In this document: positions 5,761-5,995 of the stretch, piece after piece
How positions within the stretch are numbered: position 1 is the stretch's first letter
Layout: the number at the start of each line of letters is the position of its first letter
Assembly: GCF_006345805.1 (NCBI RefSeq)
Contig: NW_021829473.1
Location: 1 to 5,995, forward strand
Direction of reading: 5' to 3'
Length of the DNA: 5,995 bases
DNA from: Octopus sinensis
Taxonomy: Eukaryota
Position numbers and translations under genes: made by a program
The notes under the pieces: model-generated
Databases searched by the model: none
What the model was told of the DNA's origin: nothing
What the model saw: only the letters and a program-made list of their open reading frames with translations

Positions 5761-5762
<2 letters not shown>

Positions 5763-5995
5763 ATGGTGGCTGCCCCATCGTTATCGAGTATGGGAATTGC
5801 ACGAAGCTTCATCAATTTTGTTTTATCGTGCAATGCCTGTGCAAGAAGATTTTTTATTAAAGTGAGGAAAGACTGTGCACTGAGTCAATCCCACTCACTA
5901 AGCAACAGCAGCCATAATCCGAAAAGAAGAACAAGTCAACATCATCGGTAACCACTGAGCCGCAGGTTTTATGTTGGAGTTATCCCAGTTACCTG

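Noticed and set aside
1-5995. CRISPR array, operon or prokaryotic defence system
   Set aside because: There are no regularly spaced repeats with unique spacers and gene density is very low. Repeated segments are SINE copies hundreds to thousands of bases apart.

Overview
Eukaryotic (metazoan), AT-rich and microsatellite-dense DNA. The interspersed repeats resemble families I recall from octopus genomes; this is recognition, not a database match. There is no prokaryotic operon, CRISPR array or true RNA gene. The main element is a full-length but disrupted Tc1-family (DD34E) DNA transposon at 2527-4217 on the minus strand, with 26-bp TIRs and TA flanks. It keeps a complete gene layout: ETS-CRE motif, candidate 5'-UTR intron ending exactly at the ATG, transposase, and AATAAA. 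Several tRNA-derived CORE-like SINE copies and fragments and many compound microsatellites surround it. A candidate 90-bp phase-0 coding exon at 4713-4802 (minus) suggests the window is mostly intronic sequence of an unidentified minus-strand gene. Splicing that exon to the transposon acceptor at 3680 would give an in-frame host-transposase HTH fusion. This is the most interesting hypothesis and it is untested. Most supplied ORFs are microsatellite or antisense artefacts.
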